NCBI GenBank assembly: GCA_965645245.1
Contig: OZ287070.1
Location: forward strand, 1,798,001-1,862,000
DNA: 64,000 nucleotides
From: Massalongia carnosa
Taxonomy: Eukaryota
Direction of reading: 5' to 3'
Position numbers and translations under genes: made by a program. The notes under the pieces are model-generated. The model did not search any database and had not been told where the DNA came from. It worked only from the letters and a program-made list of their open reading frames with translations. Positions 1 through 12,918 of the stretch are shown in pieces (position 1 is the stretch's first letter; each line of letters starts with the position of its first letter).

Positions 1-436
1 TGCATGGACAACATGTAGCTTAATTTATCTTAAATCAACAGATCTGAGACAAAACACGGGTCTTTAACATGAGACATAAGAGGAATCCATAGTGAAAAGG
101 GTGTTTTTATATGGAGGAACGGTTTGTCATGGGAAAGCAGCGAGAAGCAGACTCGTTCTGCCCAGGTCCCTGACAAATATGAGGATTTAGCTACTGGTGC
201 GAAGGAATATCTACATAGGGTTTTTCTCGTTGCAGCAAACTAGCAGCCAGTTTCTCTCCCCCTCCATTCGCGTTCGATCCAACAGCATAATTCCCGGAGC
301 CTAAGGAATTGCCAAATGCAATAAATGCCCTGTCTAGTTTAGAAATTATGAACAAGGAGACCGAAGGATCGCTTTGGGGGAGTGACAAACCCCTGGTCAA
401 TTATGACTCAAAAGGCACCCAGGAATATACAGGTTC

Positions 437-1692
437 ATGAAGAAGATTCCGGCGTTTGATGTTGGGAAAGAATCATACGGGAACACAGATTTCTCAAAGA
501 CCCTGGGATACCTTTGCTCGGCTCATCACTCGAGTATCATCTGCTGCTACGCTACGACGAGCTCAAGAGGTCCTAATCCGGGCGGTGAAGGCGAGCAAAG
601 CTTCAGCCGCAGTGGTAAATATGATAGGAAGAAGATGAAAAGTCCCAAAGTCCCAAAGTCTTAATGCTGGGAAGCTCCAGGTCTGGCAAATCAGCGGTTC
701 TAAAATCCATGCATTTTTTCTGTGATATGACTTACTCGCGTGCTGAGCGTGTATCGTTCAAGCGTATTGTTTTGACTAACATCGTCAAATTTATGCAGGA
801 CGTTCTGGGTGTCATGGAAGAGCGTGAATTGCGGCTGGAGCATCATGAAAATAATATTTATATCGAAGTCATCTTAACGCAGTCTACAACCCTTGAAGAT
901 CCTGTGTTGCCTCCAGATGTACTTTCGGCAATAACCGCCTTATGAAAGGACTCTGGCGTGTAAGAATGCTTTGAAATGTTCAAGGAATACCTATATCCTC
1001 ATTCCCCCAGGTACATAGTAAGTACGGTGAAGTCTATGAATTCAGTTTCTCTGTATTAAATATAGCTAGATTATTGGATTAGTTATCTTGACGAACCGGA
1101 CTACTTGCCATCCGATCGAGATATTCTCTTGGCGTACTACTCCGCAACGGGATTCGTGGAGGGCCTTTTCTACCGCATCTATGACATCGGCCGTATGGGA
1201 AGCCGACTGAAACTCTATCTTCAGTTCCTCAACGATTCCAACGTAATCATCTTCACCGTGGATATCTCCTTGTACGACAAATGTCTCTGGCAGGATCCAC
1301 TGGTGCCTCATATCCTCGACGACGTGACTCTCTTCGACAGCGTCTGCAACTCTAGCTTGTTCACCAAGACTCACATCGTCTTGTTCTTCAACAAGGTCGA
1401 CGAGCTCGAGCGCAAGATCGTCATAACTCCCCTCAAGCGTCAACATTTCCCCGACTTCAGCGGCGACCCGGCCGACGCCGACGCCGTGAAAGATTACTTC
1501 CGAATGAGATTCTTGAATGCGAACCGGCAGCCAGACAGGAAGATCGATGTGTGTTTCGCCGCTCTCACGCACAACGCGAGCTTGGGCGGGGTGGCCTTTG
1601 CGGCTCTTGGGAAAGTCCTGAAGCATAGAATGTCAAGGTCGAATGTGGATTACAGCGCCATAATGAGAGCAAGAAACGTGCAGGGATTTTAA
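437..1692 (+). pseudogene. Divergent heterotrimeric G-protein alpha-subunit-like pseudogene
   Basis: P-loop-like (KV)LMLGSSRSGKS, helical-domain AL*KDSGV*ECF, DYLPSDRDILL, IIFTVDISLYD and LFFNKVD (NKxD) motifs. Disrupted by an 8-bp duplication (AAAGTCCC x2, 639-654), TGA at 943-945 and TAA at 961-963. Probable intron 1018-1065 (GTAAGT..TAG). The 5' start is uncertain. Confidence 0.8.
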
Positions 1693-2799
1693 TGATAACC
1701 CTCCCTCTACAAGTTGAAGCGCCGGAGATATCTTCACGATTATACAACATCCTTGGATTTCCCTTTAACTGGATTATATCAGCGCTTTTCGTCTGCTAAA
1801 ACCGGCTTCTTCGTATAAAACGCGAATAAAAACTAATTATTGTTATTATTGCCAGCATCCCTTTCTTCCCCTTTCCTCACTTCAATCGTCACCTCTTTTA
1901 CCCCCCCATTTTATATATAATTACTACTTATTCAAAGATGGTTTTTTCCACCCAAACGCAAAGAAAAAAAACAGCTCGAGCCGAATCCCAAACACTACGA
2001 GTGAAAAAATTCCAGTAAGTATCTCCGGAGCCAAATATGCCTACCACTTACCTCATACAGGGTTTTTTTTCTCTCCCTCTTTTGTCCCATTATGAGTAGT
2101 GTTTCTCGCGATCTCGCGAACGGCGGTTTTCTGCAGAATAGGCATGGTCGCGCACTCTGCTCATTAGTTAGCAGACTTTCTCCCCTTTGTTTCTTTCCAT
2201 GGACGGGTGATGGGTGGGTGGTTTGGAAGTTGGGATCAAGCGCGATGATGGTGGTAGTAGTGGTAGGGTTGAAGTAGCCAACTCTCTTCCTGGGTAGCTG
2301 TCTATCGATTTACAGGCTCGATGGTTGGGTTCTGAATGGCATGGAAGACTTAATTGGGTGAGTGAGGTATGTATGTATAGATATGGTTAAAAATGTGTTA
2401 TGTATGTATGTATTAGAATACCTAAGAAATAGGGGGAATGGGAGTTGAATGAATGGGCAGTAATAATTGCGTTCCTGTTTTGCATTCTCGTTGAAATCTA
2501 TTTGCGTGAACGAATGAAATAACTCCCTGAAACCGTGGGCATTGCACATGATAGATCTAGGTAGTCTACAAACTATAACCCCCCACTCAAAACTCCCAAT
2601 CAGTCCACTCCACAAGGAAGCTACCCCGGCCTACCCCCCCATCCAAAACACCGACTGATGCTTTGCGCTTTGCATGCGTACTTGTACATACCTATGCACG
2701 CACACATGTTGTCCTAATACATGCACGCATCCGGAAACCAATCGGAATGCAACGCCCCGTACGTACCATACATGCATATGCAAGTTCCGAAATCAATTT

Positions 2800-4105
2800 T
2801 CATTTTCGCAGAGGAGCCTGTTTGTCAAGGCCGATTGCCCCTTCCCCTTCTCCGTCACCGAACCGTAAGATTACATCGTCGGCCTCATCATCGTCTAGGA
2901 ATTCGTCTAGGTATCTATCGGGGTTGTCCTCGTAGTCGAAAAAGTCCCCGTGGTCGTCTGGGAGCAGTGCAGCAGCTGGGGCTTGCCCTTCGGGATCATC
3001 GGAGAACTCGTTGCGGATAGGTGCGAAACGCCGCGCACCGCTTCGCTCCTCGGCCTCGATCTCTTGGGAACGAGCAAGGGTCCTAAAAGCTGTTGGCATG
3101 CTATCTTTATGATTGGGCCTTGGGGGATCAATCATACCTGCTATAGATGAACCATGCTGTCAACACCCCAATGATGGCCCCGCCGATTATACTTGCCCAG
3201 TTGATTGCTTTGGTCGTCGCATCCATTTTGTCTCCGCTTTTGGCGATCGCAGCGAGTCGGGTTCCGATGAAAATATGGATCATCAGCTTCGGCGTCACGA
3301 TTGCGGTCGCGAGGGCAAACATCGAAGGCTTGACTGTCTCGAAGGTTGAAATCGCTCCGTTGGAAATCGAGTATGGCAATGGACAGAGTCTGATCATACA
3401 CAGGAGCTTAAGGCCATCGTGTTTGAGCACCAAGGAAAGTGCGGTGAATCTAGAGTCGTTTTCCACGAGTCGGTGGACGAATCTGGAAAGTAAGGTTCGT
3501 GAGACCAAGAACGAACACAGCGACCCCACCACGGTAGCAGATGCCACAATGAACCAGCTAGCAGAGCTGTCAGTCAACTCGGAATATCGGATAAAAGCAA
3601 ACACGTGGAAGATAGCATAAGCAGCTTACCCTTCTGGAAATCCGTAGACAAAGCCGGCGATGGTGATACAGCTGGAATAGCCAATGATAGGCGGGAAGGC
3701 GGTAATGAAAGTCAGCGCCCAGAGGATCAGCCACCCTCCACGTAACTTCTTCCACCGTAACGCCGTCGGCTCCAGCCATGCGAATATCCTCTCATTGAAG
3801 ACGAGAAAGAGGATTCCCACCACCAATACGCCTATCGCAGCCACCACGATCAGGACTTTCTGCACTGGTGTGAGCTTCTTCATCGTCCTCTGCAGCTGCC
3901 GTTGTAACTTTTCGGTATTGTCGATCAATTTGTCTCTTAAGCTTGCTCCTCTCTGAAGGCGTGATGATTGAGTTCGAGCAACGGACTGACTCGAGCGCCG
4001 GCGTGTCCATGGCGTTGGGATGGGGTGATGAGGTATGGTGGGCGACCGCTGAGGAGAAATCGGCAAGGCCAGCGCTCGGGCAGTGGAGGTGTAGTCGGCA
4101 GGCAT
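2800..4105 (-). CDS. TVP38: Tvp38/TMEM64-like (DedA, SNARE-associated Golgi) membrane protein, spliced
   Basis: ORFs 3626-4105, 3128-3604 and 2800-3135 are joined by GT..AG introns. Motifs [20 protein letters not shown] and [15 protein letters not shown] are typical of the family. The 3' end is approximate. Confidence 0.85.
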
Positions 4106-6299
4106 GCTGCGCTTTTCTTGTTCAGAGTAGGCAGTAAATTTATCTCCTTGAGATCCGCATCACTAATCTTTAGACAAACCGACTGATCAATTAGCCAAAG
4201 GTCAAGAACTCAGCGATGACCACTGACGGTAGCGTTGATTCAAGGGAAATGCTACTTGACTGGCTGACGGGTCAGCTTCCATCCTGGCGTCCTTCCAGCC
4301 GACGGGCCGTAGTTTCCTTAGTTAATGTATCAAGGGAATAACGCATCGTTTAAAAATAGGTAGAGTGGCTGGATCATCTAAATATCCGAGGCTCCGCTTT
4401 TTTACTTCGACTCTATCTATATCTAATAAAAATTAGATCATATATCAAGATCTATCATACGCTTCTCATGGAGATCCAAATAAACGGTAACGATGACGTT
4501 ATTCTGCCTGGCTGTATGTACATACCTTCTTCCTCTCTAATCCAAGTGCTTTTGATGGACGATAACAATGACTTTGTACAACGATCACTGGACTGAGATG
4601 CAATGGATACAATGGGTACCATAGCAACGCACTGCCTGTAATTCCACAGGATTTGGATAACAGGAAACCCAAAAAGGTAGGCAAAACCTCTGCCTTGGAA
4701 ATGGAAAGTTTGGGGAAGTAATTTAGGCACTGATGATCATACACAACTTTTCCTTTTTACTGCCACCGCGCCATTGAAAATTCTTGTAGACAGTTTTTAC
4801 TTGATTGTTTGCAAGCGTATCAGAGCAAGACGTCTCTTGTCTCCTTCCACCTCTCTAGCGTCGAATTTTCTTGATGCTCGAGCTTCGACCGCTTCTAACT
4901 CGTGAAAGTAATCAAAACACGTCTACCCCTACAGGCGGAAATGCTGTCTGCTTTTTTCGTACTCTACATTCTAGGATTCTTTCTAAGGGAAAAGACGAGC
5001 TTCTGATTTGGCCCCTTCACTCTTCAGATTGTCAGCACGCCTCAGTTGTAATTAGTTCTCTTCAAGACTAAAGAAAGGGGTTGGCTTACTCCACTTCTAT
5101 AGCTAAGCTCATAAAAGTGCTAGGATCGAACCTTTTAACAATTAGCTGGAATTCTGAAACTATTCAGAGATTTTACCATCTCAAGATATTCTTTTACGCA
5201 AGAGGACAGAGTCTCCAGGTTGCTCATTAAGACAGGTCAACTCAAGCTAATAGTAAAAATCCACGATTAGGCCTATCGATGATGCAGGATGTTGCTAGCT
5301 CAAATACGATTGAAGGACAACATAACATGCCCAAACATGCCCAAGCCACTCTTTCGATGTATCACATGCCAAAAAGCTATATCGGTTTGTTTCTCTTTGA
5401 ATTTCTAATCAACCACGCAGGAGAAGTACAAAGAGAGATCTTTGGCTTTCCTAGAAACTCGTAGCTTTGACGTCTCGGTTGTATTCTCCGCTAAAGAGTA
5501 CGTTCAGCTTATAATGAACCTAAGCCTCGTTCCCCGTCTCTCAAGTAAAAACGGAGATTTCCTTTAACCATTGTAAGGTCAATATGAACGGTTGAATCAT
5601 TCGTCAAATTTCCATGAAAATCGCCGAGTCAAATACTCAAGACGCTTGTCTCGATCTCTATCTCTTGCTCGAAGCATCGCGTGCTTACAATAGACTTTCT
5701 TGCTAGACTTAGGAATATATCCCTTCTAAGATAACGCTGTATTCAACCGATTTTGGGAGTCGCGGTTACTGCCAACATGTCAAAGTCAACCCTTACCTGT
5801 GGTGCGAATGCGAGAGGCTAGAGTAGGCAATTTGTGTTTTCCTTTCTCATGCTTGTTTCGGGTAGATCATTCGAATCGTTCAAGATACCTGTCTACATGA
5901 CAGCTCGAGCACCCCTCTGCATAATTGCTATTCTAGCTCCAATTTTCCTAAGAGATTAGTGCCTTCTTCATCGCGACATCTTGTCCGCGAGATGGAATTG
6001 TTTTTTAATCAAGATCGTCTCAATCGTTAGTAAACATTCCGTAGACCTTCCCATTATGGCCAGTTCTTTTTGTGCATGACATGAGATCTTCCAAGACGTC
6101 TTTCTCGAATGGCGGTCATTTCTATCAGAAAACTCTTGAAAAGAAAACACATATTTGTTTGCCCATTGGATTTAGTTTATCCATCCGTCAACTTTCGCTC
6201 TTGTCAACCCTCCCCTTAAAATCTTCTCTTTTCTCTCCCATCCTTTCATCGTCAGGACTTTCGCCATGGGGGTTCTTCACTTATGCTCATAGGTCTTGG

Positions 6300-8100
6300 G
6301 CCGTTCTTGCTCTCCCGCTTTGGCATTGATGCTCAAACCTATCGAACGAAAGGAAGTCAGAGGGGGTTTTTCTCGCTATTGGGGATCATGGGCCCGATTG
6401 ATTTCCTATTCATTCCCTTATTTCACTTTCACCATCAGATCAAGAGAAGATAGGGATTTATAGAGGCTTTGCGTTTGAGTTTTCGTTATTTTGGTTATTG
6501 CTTTGCGTTTATGAAGTCCCGCGGGGGGGGGCGGTGAGGGGTGAGGGAGATGATCAGAGAAAGGCAAGCGGAAAACAGCCAACGTTGAAATAGAAATGCT
6601 ATTCTGAAGATGAAAGACGAAGTCAAAAAAACAATTACAATCCCCCTCGGAGAACGAGAAAGAACATGAAATCCCAAACTTTTCGGCTTTTATTGTGCCT
6701 TCCTCCTTCTCCCTCGCCGTCTGTTTATGTTCTCTTTTTTCTTCTTCTCTCTTCTTTTCCCTTGCTTTCTTGCGACTCTTCTCTTTCTTTCTAATACTTA
6801 GTATTAATTGACTGTAAACTGGATTTCCCTTTTTTTGGGAGGATTAACCTAGGAGGCGAAAGCCAGATAATCGATGAAAAAGGATGAAAAGCGACAGAAA
6901 GTTTGCCGTGCATGATGCACCGTTATAGATAGATTTCCTATCCTATCGAACGACCCCTTATAAAACTTCTCCTGCACGAACACCCCCCCCCCCCCCCAAC
7001 CCCCCCTTCTTTTCACTCCCATCCTCCCTTCCCCTTCTCCTATTTTCCTCCCTATTTCCTCCCTTTCAAAAGTTCCACGTAGCTTTCTTCCCATTTTCCT
7101 CCTCTGGAAGTTTCACCAGTTGCGGCTTTCTCCTCCTTTCGACCGTTTACGAGTATGGGCTCTCTCTCGTCCTGCTTGAGTCCCGATGATGATGATGATG
7201 ATGATGGGCGAAAGAGAGAAAGAGTGAATGGACGAGTGGAGGATCATAAGCAAGCAAGCAAGCAAGAGCCTAGCGTTTCGTGAATTTGGTCTCCTTTTGC
7301 GTTTTGTGTGAATGCTTCAACGTCCCCTCCCCCCCTTTAGCTACTTAGCTACTTATCCATCAATCCCCTCCCACCCCACCTCACCCCCAACCAATTCCAT
7401 CCTCTCAACATACCATTCATTTATTTATTCAGTCATTCATTCATTGCAACCCCCCCGCTTCTCCTCTCTCTACCAATTAAAATCCTTATTCACAACCCAT
7501 CCATCTACCATGTTATCCGTTCCTCTCTCGATCCTTTATATCTATGTACATACCTACTAGTAAAAAATAGGTTAAGGGCCTCAGATTCGGCGAAGAAACC
7601 GAGAAAAAATCCGCAGCCTTTAATTGAGTATGGGGCTTTTTATGATTATTTTTTGCTGTCAAGTAGAGAGGAAGGGGGGTTGCGAGCAAGTAAGGGTGAA
7701 AGCAAGAGGACAGAAAGATAAAGAAAATGAACCATGATGGTGTATATTTTGCTCTTTCTTTTTGCAAGATTAGAAGCTGAAGGCAAGCGAAAGAAAAGGG
7801 GGGATGGGGAACGTAGAGCGAGAAAAGTTCTGTTTTCAAGAGCCACGTACGTAAAGTACCTGACGACGAGGGTCCCCATTTGCGGGTGTTGGGTGGGGAG
7901 AATGGAGGAAGCACCGCCGCAGGGCTGCTTAGTTTTTTTCTTTTTTTTTATGTACCAAACTGTGAAGAACGAGAGAGACTGATGATCGAGAACCAACAAT
8001 TTGATGCTTTTAGGGGGCGGGGGGTTCTGATAAGAATCCATGCAAAGGGCAGAAAATGGGGGGGCAATTGGTAACAGAAATTGGCTTTAGGCTCAGCATA
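6300..8100. repeat. Low-complexity, microsatellite-rich intergenic island
   Basis: Alternating polypurine and polypyrimidine tracts, a poly-C run near 6983, (GAT)n near 7184-7206 and (AAGC)n near 7247-7266. The ORFs here are compositional artefacts. Confidence 0.75.
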
Positions 8101-8345
8101 TAGGTTTTATTTGCATAATGGGTTAGATGTGCTGTGATCATACGTCTTTTGCCGTTGATGAATTTTCATTGCGTCGGCTAAGTTCCACTCTCAGATTAAA
8201 TAAGACTTTGCGCTTGGTTGAAGTACGTATCGATGAATCTTATGGAAGTATTATAAAAAGAAAAATAAACAATTACATTCCATAATGCGTCGGCCAAACG
8301 AATCAAATTGAATAATAGTATTAGCCCCCTCCATGTCATAAAAAG

Positions 8346-9420
8346 CTAATGTTTACCATTTTCGATGTTTGCAGTTCTCTTTGCTATCACGGACATGGAA
8401 TTTAAGCCGTGTGAAGCGGTATCGGCTGGACACTTCCGAATGTCTCCCTCGATATGACTCCCCACGCACAAGCGCCAGTCGCCGGGCCTTGGAAGGCTTC
8501 TTGAAAGTAGATGGCAACCTCCATTCACTGGGGAAGGTTTGAACTTACAACAATAATAGAGTTAAAATATAATCATTCCTCAGAAAAAGGCTTGTTACCT
8601 CTTTTGCTGTTCTTGACACTGGGTTGCTGGGAAATCGCAACGCCTCCAATCTGTGGTGCCATTGGACTACTCAAACACTGCTCCAGTAGCGAATCCGCAG
8701 CCGTTTTGACAACATCCCACGAGGTTATTGTTTTCCCTTGAAATCTGACAGCAATGACGCAATTTCCACTCACTTTGATGAGGGGGCCGTTAGCTAAGTT
8801 TAGTTCGAGCAGACTCTGGAGATGGCCTGGTTTTTGCTTCTAAATTTGCAATATGACAGTCTGATGCCTTTGCTCACCGCGATTGGAATGGCTCGGTCAG
8901 TGTTGCCGGGTTTTTGGTCCAGGTCAGGGCCGGAGACGGTCATGGTCAGAAATGGAGCAGGTCCGCCCATAGAGTGACTCTGGAAATCTAGAAAGTATCG
9001 ATCGCAAGGCTAATGCCGAAGATTATGGGAGCCCCTACTTCCCCAGAGCCCCCTCGCACCGCTGCACAACTTGGTTGGCCATTAGTGCAACTTGGCCCGG
9101 AGCGATGTTGATTTCATATTCTTCCTCGTTAACGCCAGCGGGCGCTGTATCAACTGTGATGTAATAGCGTGGAAGACCATCTATGTCGCCTACAATAGCA
9201 TCACTTAACACAAGTGGTCTAAACTTACTGTCTGGGCTACTGTACGAAACAGGATTCGTTTTTTAGGGTTAGATAAAAATCTTCCCGCGTTGTGGTTGTA
9301 GTAGAGAGCTGGAGAGAGCATCTGCGCCATAGCAACCATACACATGGCTACGTTAAGGCTAGTTCCACACCGGGGATTGCAGATAAGAATATCTGTAGGT
9401 CTAGGATACGACTGGCTTTG
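8346..9420 (-). pseudogene. Probable decayed gene for a cysteine-containing fungal hypothetical (possibly secreted) protein
   Basis: Protein-like fragments in shifting frames, broken by stops: LICNPRCGTSLNVAMC, YITVDTAPAGVNEEEYEINIAPGQVALMANQVVQRC, PFLTMTVSGPDLDQKPGNTD and GNCVIAVRFQGKTITSWDVVKTAADSLLEQC. Recognised by pattern only. Confidence 0.35.
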
Positions 9421-9934
9421 AATTCGCTGCGAAAAAAAACTGTGACGGTAGGATCAGACATGATAGCAAGGAACCCCGACGTCCTGGATATATTTCTGCG
9501 TTCGTGGCCAAAGCTAGCAATGCCCGTACATGGGGGAAACTGCTGGTCTTTATGAACATTTCGCTCCCAGATTTCATTCCTCCATGCTTCCGTAACCATT
9601 GAAGTCTCGGAAATAGCGCTCGAATGAAAATTTAAGCTTATGGTGCTTTGAGACCCCTTAACCTCCCCAATAGCTCCAAGGCCGACTGGCGAAACCTGTT
9701 ATTAAATGATTAAGAGAGCCTCCGGATGCCCAGCTGCTGGTATTGGGCTCGACGGTGAGTTTCATCGGAAAGAAATTGCACGTCCTGGGTCCTGACATGG
9801 CTATCTTTTGAAAAATTCGGGTCCGAAAACTTTCGCAGATGAGGGTGGAAATTGGGACAAGATGTCTACGAGTGGGCGTGGGTAAAAGCCATGGTGAGAT
9901 GATGACTAAGCTGGGCACTTTATTTGATGTGCCT

Positions 9935-10537
9935 TTGCCTCAGTACCTCAGACGTGCGTGGGCTCTAGGAGCCGTCTAAGCCCCTCCGGGTTAACCTATT
10001 TCGCTAAGCTCCTTCGGATTAGCGTCCCAGCTGACTAACGTGGCTGCGATAGCACGTCTGAGCGCAAAACTAAATATTACGGTCAGATATTCGTAATAAA
10101 TCGTGTATTATTGCGATTTTTCGACATTTTGACGTCTTGCTTTTTCGTTTGACACGGGCTATTTCTTCGAAAGAATTCAAGTAGACTGAAATTCCTGTTC
10201 GTTGTAAAGTTCATGTGGGGCAATCTGATTGCACTTCGCATAGAAATCGAGAATCGACTTAACAAAAATAACAAGATGTATGTAAAATTGCTCTGCACGT
10301 TATAAACATAAATAAAGATTGAAATTTATAACGAAAAAATCAAAAATACATTGATCATGATCATATCAAGCGACGACGACGTTACAAACATGAAAACAAT
10401 GAAGTTGTGACGTTGTTCTATAAGGTCGAAATCGTTCTTGTCATGATCGTTAAGCCATATCTGACCATAATCTTGAGTTTTGGTCAGCCTGTTAACCCGA
10501 AGGGGCTTAGCCGGGCACGTCTGAGGTACTGAGGCAA
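9935..10537. mobile_element. Non-autonomous DNA transposon (MITE), 603 bp, 23-bp perfect TIRs, 8-bp TSD
   Basis: TTGCCTCAGTACCTCAGACGTGC (9935-9957) is the exact reverse complement of 10515-10537. The direct repeat ATGTGCCT flanks it at 9927-9934 and 10538-10545. The interior is AT-rich with no transposase ORF. Confidence 0.92.
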
Positions 10538-11331
10538 ATGTGCCTACTCGGCTGGCACAGTGCTCCGTACAGAGTTCTAACGATTAAGGATTTTCTGACT
10601 GGCATTGTCATGTCTTCACAGCTTCTCAACGTTCCAAAGCGTGCGTCGGTTGGACCTTCTAGGCAGTGTCATCGAAATTTCTGAATTGCTGTCCCTTGCA
10701 CTCACCAGAGAAACGCAAGAACGGACACCCAGCTGTCAATTGATTTATTAGAGATGCATTTACATTGACCTACCCATGCCTGATTTCGCATCAATGGTCT
10801 TCGGTCAAGGCAGATTTACACGTGAAATGAAACATGACATGGCACATCCATTGTGGAGTTGTTGTCAATCATCCTTGGGAGAACATTGTGGATGATGACA
10901 AGTATATACACTTTTCTTACTTCTCTCTATGCCTTTATACGCCTATCTGAATATGGAGAGGATAAAGACTAGTGGTCATTCGGGAAGTTTCTTCTACATT
11001 CAGCAACTAACCATGTCCGGACTTTCCTTTGTCATGACCGTTAATTCTTTCCTTGCTCAACCTGCTCGCTTTCTAATGTAACTAGATTGCCAAATGGGTA
11101 ACTGATGGTGTGATGCCGAAAATGGAACGATTTTGCATAAAGGATCTATTGGCTTTGTGGATTTTATTACTGTCAGATTCCTGTCATTGCTGAAATTTCA
11201 TTTCGTAGCATGTGAATGACATGCGGCTTTTCAGTCTCATAAGACTCCTTATGAAATTTCATCTGTATCTTACAGGGTGATTCTCTCTTGTATTCGAATC
11301 TCAAACCTTTTGCTTCAGCTTGTTATTTTAG

Positions 11332-12918
11332 ATGGAGACAAGGCGACTGCAGAGTCCGTACCTTCACTCGACTTCCAGGTCTTTAAGTGGTATGGAAAGG
11401 TCTCTCTCAAAACCTCTCCCAGCTCTCGAACCCCCCAAGAGCTCAATCACTCTCCTCGTACATAATGTGGCTGGAAAGCCACTGCCTCCTCCTCCACGGC
11501 GCTCCTCAAGTGCTTATAGTGTACAAGATGATGAGGTAGCGCCTTTTCAACACTCAGAGGCTCCGGAAATATTGCTACCATCTCCCATGATCCTTCAGCC
11601 AACAGCATATAGGTCTAGCACAACCAGAGTGCCAGACGCCATTCCGAAAAGACCAAATTTTACTCAGAATCACGAAGTGCACTCAATCTCTGATCCGACA
11701 TTAGAAATAAGGAACTTAAATCAGCAAGACTTGGAAGAGATAGAAAATTATCGAAGTCAGTTCTCAATGCCAGAGATCAAACCACATCTTCGTGTTATTC
11801 CTTCAAAGCAAAATCACAATATACTTACTGAGCCCTCTGATGAAATGAAGGGTGTTGGGCATCACGCGCACGACTATCAATCTGTACTACATACTCTGTC
11901 TGCAGCTCCGCCGATCTTTGTTCAAGGGCCATACTCAACCTATAACTTGGATAGGATTAAGAATGCTGAGCACCACACGCAAGACTACCAATCAATTCTA
12001 CGAACTACGTCCGCAACTTCATCGTCCGCAGCTTCATCGTCCGCAGCTTCGTCAGCCCTCATGACAGACCTGCTATCAAGTTATGATTACCCACCTTCTC
12101 CATTGTCTCCAAGAATCACCGATGTTATAGATGGCTCCCTCGTGCCGGCACCTTTAAGGTTCAGTACTATTGAGATTAACTCACGATTAGCAAGTCGTGT
12201 TTCTGTTTCGTCTTCCACGCCGGGAGGATTTCATAAAGCAACTAATCGTTCATTCGAAGAGTATGCACCCAAGGCCTTCCATCCGCGGAGAACCCTGCCC
12301 GAGGAAAAAAACGCTGAGAAGGCATATCCGCCAGCGTCACTAGAATTACGGCAAACTGTTACTTCAGCTCCAAGACGCCCAAGCAAAATCGAGTCATTCA
12401 TAGGTCAACGACGAATAAGTATACAACACACTCTCTCCAATATGTATGATACGCTTGCTCTTTTCTCGGTAATATCGATAAAAAAAAAGCCCGTGATCAA
12501 CACTTCGGGTCCCGGAAAGGCTCGGATTCCAAGAGAGCTTCGAAGTCCAGCAATTCCAATCACCTCATATCAACAGCTGGGACCAAAGGCATGGGAAACA
12601 CGATCCAAATCGTCCAACAAATCGAGATCTCCAAAGTCTAGGTCTAACCGAAATAGCTACAATAAAGTGCTTGTCGACTCTGAGAGCGATAATACGCAGA
12701 ATCCCAGCGCTCCCGCCCCTGTCAAAGATCCAAAGTTATCGTCATTTGCAAGCCGAATTGCTGCCGCCTTCCATTCTGACACAAGACCCTCAGAGAAGAA
12801 ACCGAAGAGGAAGTGGAGAAAGGCAGAACGCAGAAGGGAGGAACTAAAGAAGAAGATTGTTGTCGTGAGAATAGGAGAAACTAAGTTAAGCGGAGGGGAT
12901 GATCGAAATTGGGTGTAA
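11332..12918 (+). CDS. Hypothetical Ser/Pro-rich fungal protein (528 aa, likely disordered)
   Basis: Long uninterrupted ORF with an N-terminal KPLP/PPPPRRSSS motif, PAIPITSYQQLGPKAW and a basic C-terminal RRREELKKKIVVV segment. Confidence 0.75.
   Translation: METRRLQSPYLHSTSRSLSGMERSLSKPLPALEPPKSSITLLVHNVAGKPLPPPPRRSSSAYSVQDDEVAPFQHSEAPEILLPSPMILQPTAYRSSTTRVPDAIPKRPNFTQNHEVHSISDPTLEIRNLNQQDLEEIENYRSQFSMPEIKPHLRVIPSKQNHNILTEPSDEMKGVGHHAHDYQSVLHTLSAAPPIFVQGPYSTYNLDRIKNAEHHTQDYQSILRTTSATSSSAASSSAASSALMTDLLSSYDYPPSPLSPRITDVIDGSLVPAPLRFSTIEINSRLASRVSVSSSTPGGFHKATNRSFEEYAPKAFHPRRTLPEEKNAEKAYPPASLELRQTVTSAPRRPSKIESFIGQRRISIQHTLSNMYDTLALFSVISIKKKPVINTSGPGKARIPRELRSPAIPITSYQQLGPKAWETRSKSSNKSRSPKSRSNRNSYNKVLVDSESDNTQNPSAPAPVKDPKLSSFASRIAAAFHSDTRPSEKKPKRKWRKAERRREELKKKIVVVRIGETKLSGGDDRNWV

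Noticed and set aside
943..963. Stop codons in the G-alpha gene as A-to-I editing or readthrough sites
   Set aside because: TAA stands where Gln is expected and A-to-I editing cannot restore it. An independent frameshift also exists, so pseudogenisation is simpler.
4400..6150. Possible degenerate kinase-like or other coding relic on the minus strand
   Set aside because: Only isolated words such as LGDFHG, with no colinear motif series.
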